64,000 nt of DNA from Macrostomum lignano (taxonomy: Eukaryota), in contig NIVC01001128.1 in NCBI GenBank assembly GCA_002269645.1, positions 1-64,000 on the forward strand. Reading direction: 5' to 3'. Below, in pieces: positions 60,701-64,000 of the stretch. The notes under the pieces are model-generated. The model was not told the origin of the DNA. It did no database searches and saw only the letters and a program-made list of their open reading frames with translations. The translations under genes and the position numbers were made by a program. Positions within the stretch are counted from its first letter, which is position 1; each line of letters opens with the position of its first letter.

Positions 60701-62549
60701 TTTCAATACGATTATCTCAATATGAGATTTTGAGATTTTGAACGAGCCATCTCATTTTAAGATTTTTAATCCAGCCATTTCACCATGAAATTTTTAATTT
60801 TTGATACGATCAGTTTACTTGATATTACGAGCGTATGAGATTTTCAGACTTAGTATATTTGCATCAAATTTCTGTTAAACTTCCCCTGCATACTACTGTT
60901 AGTATTAGCAAGATCTGCACTCTGCTATTCACAATTGTCAGGGCGTGATGGTCCGCCTGATGCTGGTGCTGGCCCCCATCATGTGCATCCTTGGCGGCAT
61001 CGGGCTCAGCAGCGTCGCCTCCACCTACGTTCGCAACATCGACCTGACCCGTAAAGAGGATAAAAAGTCAAAGAAGTCAGCCGACAATTATCCAATTAAA
61101 AGCGAAGTGGCCCTTGTTGTTGTCTGCATAGTTGGCGCCTTCATGATGTTCTACGCTCAGCACTGCGTCTGGGTTACTAGCGAAGCCTACTCCAGCCCCA
61201 GCATTGTGCTGTCCGCCGAGACCGCCCACGGTCGCATCATTTTCGACGACTATCGCGAAGCCTATTGGTGGCTGAGGCGGAACACTCCCCCCGATGCTAA
61301 AGTGATGAGCTGGTGGGACTACGGCTATCAGATTAGCGCTATAGCTAATCGAACTGTACTAGTGGATAATAACACCTGGAATAATACTCATATTAGCCGC
61401 GTTGGCCAGGCTATGTCCTCTCCGGAGGAGCGAGCCTATCCTATTATGCGAGAGTTGGATGTTGACTATGTTTTGGTCATCTTTGGCGGCCTGTCGGGCT
61501 ATTCGTCTGATGATATTAACAAATTCCTCTGGATGGTCCGTATTGGCGGCAGCACGCCTAGCGGAGAGCATATTAAAGAGCATGATTATTATACTCCCCA
61601 GGTGAGTCTGTTTTATTGAGTAGCTCTCTAACTGTAGGTCTTTGTGTCTGCTTTAGTTGTAGGTCTTTGTGTCTGTCTCAACTGTAGGTCTTTGTGTCTG
61701 TCTCAACTGTAGGTCTTTGTGTCTGTCTCAACTGTAGGTCTTTGTGTCTGTCTCAACTGTAGGTCTTTGTGTCTGTCTTAACTGTAGGTATTTGTGTCTG
61801 TCTTAACTGTAGGTATTTGTGTCTACTTTAGTTGTAGGTTTTTGTGTCTGTCTCAACTGTAGGTCTTTGTGTCTGTCTCAACTGTAGGTCTTTGTGTCTG
61901 TCTCAACTGTAGGTCTTTGTGTCTGTCTTAACTGTAGGTATTTGTGTCTGTCTTAACTGTAGGTATTTGTGTCTACTTTAGTTGTAGGTTTTTGTGTCTG
62001 TCTCAACTGTAGGTCTTTGTGTCTCTCTCAACTGTAGGTCTTTGTGTCTATTTTAACTGTAGATATTTGTGTCTGCTAATCTGCTTTAGTTATAGGTCTT
62101 TGTGTCTGCTTTAGCAGTAGGTCTTTGTGTCTATTTTAACTGTAGATATTTGTGTCTGCTTTAGTTATAGGTCTTTGTGTCTGCTTTAACTGTACAGGCC
62201 TTTGAGTCTGTCCCAACTGCAGGTCTTTGTGATTTCCAATGGGCTGCCTTGAGCACAATCACGAGCCACTTTCCCCCTAAAACACACCGCACACCAGGGC
62301 GAGTTCCGCGTAGACAAGCTGGGCAGCAAGACGCTGCTGAACTGCCTGATGTACAAGCTGAGCTACTACCGGTTCGGCAGCATGTACACCCAGACTGGTC
62401 AGCCCTCCGGCTACGATCGGGTTCGCAACGCCGAGATTGGCAACAAAGACTTCGAGCTGACCTATCTGGAGGAGGCCTACACCACGGAGCACTGGATAGT
62501 GCGAATCTATAAAGTTAAGAAGCCGGACAACAGGGGCAATCTGGTTTGA
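57779..62549 (+). CDS. STT3A: Oligosaccharyltransferase catalytic subunit STT3A, 4 exons: 57779-57893, 58258-59369, 60942-61601, 62298-62549; 712 aa
   Basis: [64 protein letters not shown] and [11 protein letters not shown] motifs. The short N-terminus ([14 protein letters not shown]) and [11 protein letters not shown] resemble STT3A rather than STT3B. Splice phases are consistent. Confidence 0.95.
57960..58190. repeat. 27-bp minisatellite (TTCAATTTCATTGGCTGTTAGTCTAGC)n in STT3A intron 1
   Basis: Tandem copies. Confidence 0.9.
59440..60790. repeat. 27-bp minisatellite (TCTCACTATGAGATTTTGATACTGTTA)n in STT3A intron 2
   Basis: About 48 tandem copies. Confidence 0.95.
61625..62215. repeat. 25-bp minisatellite (CAACTGTAGGTCTTTGTGTCTGTCT)n in STT3A intron 3
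   Basis: Tandem copies. Confidence 0.95.
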
Positions 62550-62714
62550 GTAATCTGTTAGCGAGTTGCCAATTGACTCTGAATTCACTCCAAAACTGCT
62601 ATGCTAACTGAGTAGTGTTTTTTATGCTGGTCACATGCAATGCCTTGACCAGACGTAGCCCGCTTAGATTGTCTTTTAATTCTAATTTTTTTTGCTAATT
62701 TTGAAGTTTTTCCG

Positions 62715-63150
62715 CAAAAATGACGCCCTACAAAAAATGGCGCCCTCCCCCATAAAAATGGCGCCCTCCCCCATAATAATGGCGCCCTCCCCCATAATAA
62801 TGGCGCCCTCCCCCATAATAATGGCGCCCTCCCCCATAATAATGGCGCCCTCCCCATAATAATGGCGCCCTCCCCCATAATAATGGCGCCCTCCCCCATA
62901 ATAATGGCGCCCTCCCCCATAATAATGGCGCCCTCCCCCATAATAATGGCGCCCTCCCCCATAATGGCGCCCTCCCACAAAAAATGGCGCCCTCCCCCAT
63001 AATAATGGCGCCCTCCCCCATAATAATGGCGCCCTCCCCCATAATAATGGCGCCCTCCCACAAAAAATGGCGCCCTCCCCCATAATAATGGCGCCCTCCC
63101 ACAAAAAATGGCGCCCTCCCCCATAATAATGGCGCCCTCCCTCAAAAAAT
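62715..63150. repeat. 21-bp minisatellite (CCCCATAATAATGGCGCCCTC)n
   Basis: About 20 tandem copies. Confidence 0.95.
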
Positions 63151-63449
63151 GACGCCCCTCAAAAGCAGGGTGCCCTCATCTAAAAAGGCACCCTCTCAAA
63201 ATGACACTAGGCAATATTTTATATTGTTTCACAACAATGACTTTACCGTTAAATTGTTTCCTAAAGTAGCGAGGTCTTTGTTTAGTAGTCATTATGATTC
63301 TTTTCTATATAACTCGTACTTTTATCTGTTATTGCCTAATAAAATTGTTAATGGTTTCTGTTTTATTGACATTAAAACTGTTTTAAAAGATCGACACACA
63401 CACAGGCGTTTAAGTAATCGTCTTATACGAGAAATCATGCCGATTTGAC

Positions 63450-63505
<56 letters not shown>

Positions 63506-63510
63506 GAGAC
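63450..63510. repeat. (GA)n microsatellite
   Basis: Direct observation. Confidence 0.95.
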
Positions 63511-64000
63511 AGAGAAAAGAAGAGGGGAGAGAGTAGAGTAGAAAAGAAGGGAGCTGAGAACAATCAAACTATTGTGCAGTTTCAACTCACTATCGATACA
63601 TATCGTCTGTAGAAGGCTTTAAAAGTCGATCCTTGATTTTATATAAACCAACCCCTTTTTTATGTCTGTTGCTTTCCTAACTAAATAAATGTACGTCGAT
63701 TTACCTTTCTACTGTTATAAATATTATTAAGTAGCCACATTCGGTGACTTGAATTTAAATATTGAACTAGTTTTCCTCTTGTCTCCCTCACTTTCTCGGT
63801 GTGCGTTTTTCTGTGTCGAAGTCTTTAGCCTATTAATCTGCAATCTTGTCAAAAACAGCCACACTAAATGCTGATTGTCTAATCTATTAAATCAATTCAA
63901 AACTGTGTTTGCCACTCTCAATAAAATTTGCGACCTCTGCGCTGCCAATAATAGACTTACTAATGCTCGATATTTATAATTACTAAACGATTCATTTAGT

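Noticed and set aside
14239-62549. Linkage of Wnt5, the FAM234-like gene and STT3A as conserved synteny or a functional cluster
   Set aside because: The functions are unrelated, the genes are separated by transposons, and orthology of the propeller gene is not established; this cannot be assessed from the window.
62585-63145. GGRHYY glycine/tyrosine-rich ORF resembling structural or eggshell proteins
   Set aside because: A 21-bp tandem DNA repeat open in all three minus frames, antisense to the STT3A 3' flank.

Overview
Eukaryotic (metazoan) genomic DNA with GT-AG introns, CpG-rich exons and very abundant 12-46 bp minisatellites. This style suggests a free-living flatworm such as Macrostomum, but that is inference only. 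Four spliced host genes can be reconstructed with phase-consistent exons: pelota (+, 842-4504, 5 exons, two single-G deletions in exon 1), Wnt5 (-, 28501-14239, 4 exons, 407 aa, with an Arg-rich insert), a type II membrane FG-GAP/beta-propeller protein related to FAM234 (+, 44462-54392, 12-13 exons) and STT3A (+, 57779-62549, 4 exons, 712 aa). Mobile DNA comprises a frameshifted Ty3/Gypsy (Mag-like) element (-, 7349-11610) inside a 24-bp satellite with no 3' LTR, a decayed hAT-like transposase (-, about 33.5-41.5 kb) interrupted by a 3'-truncated APE/RT LINE (Loa/R1-like), two copies of a tRNA-derived SINE, and MITE-like hairpins. I found no clearly new multi-gene system. The most unusual observations are the register-matched LTR/satellite junctions, the PBS overlapping the gag ATG, complementary (CTGT)n/(GACA)n tracts bracketing exons, four different arrays sharing a GGCGCC core, and the poly-Arg insert in Wnt5. 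All coordinates and family calls were made by eye; no searches were run.
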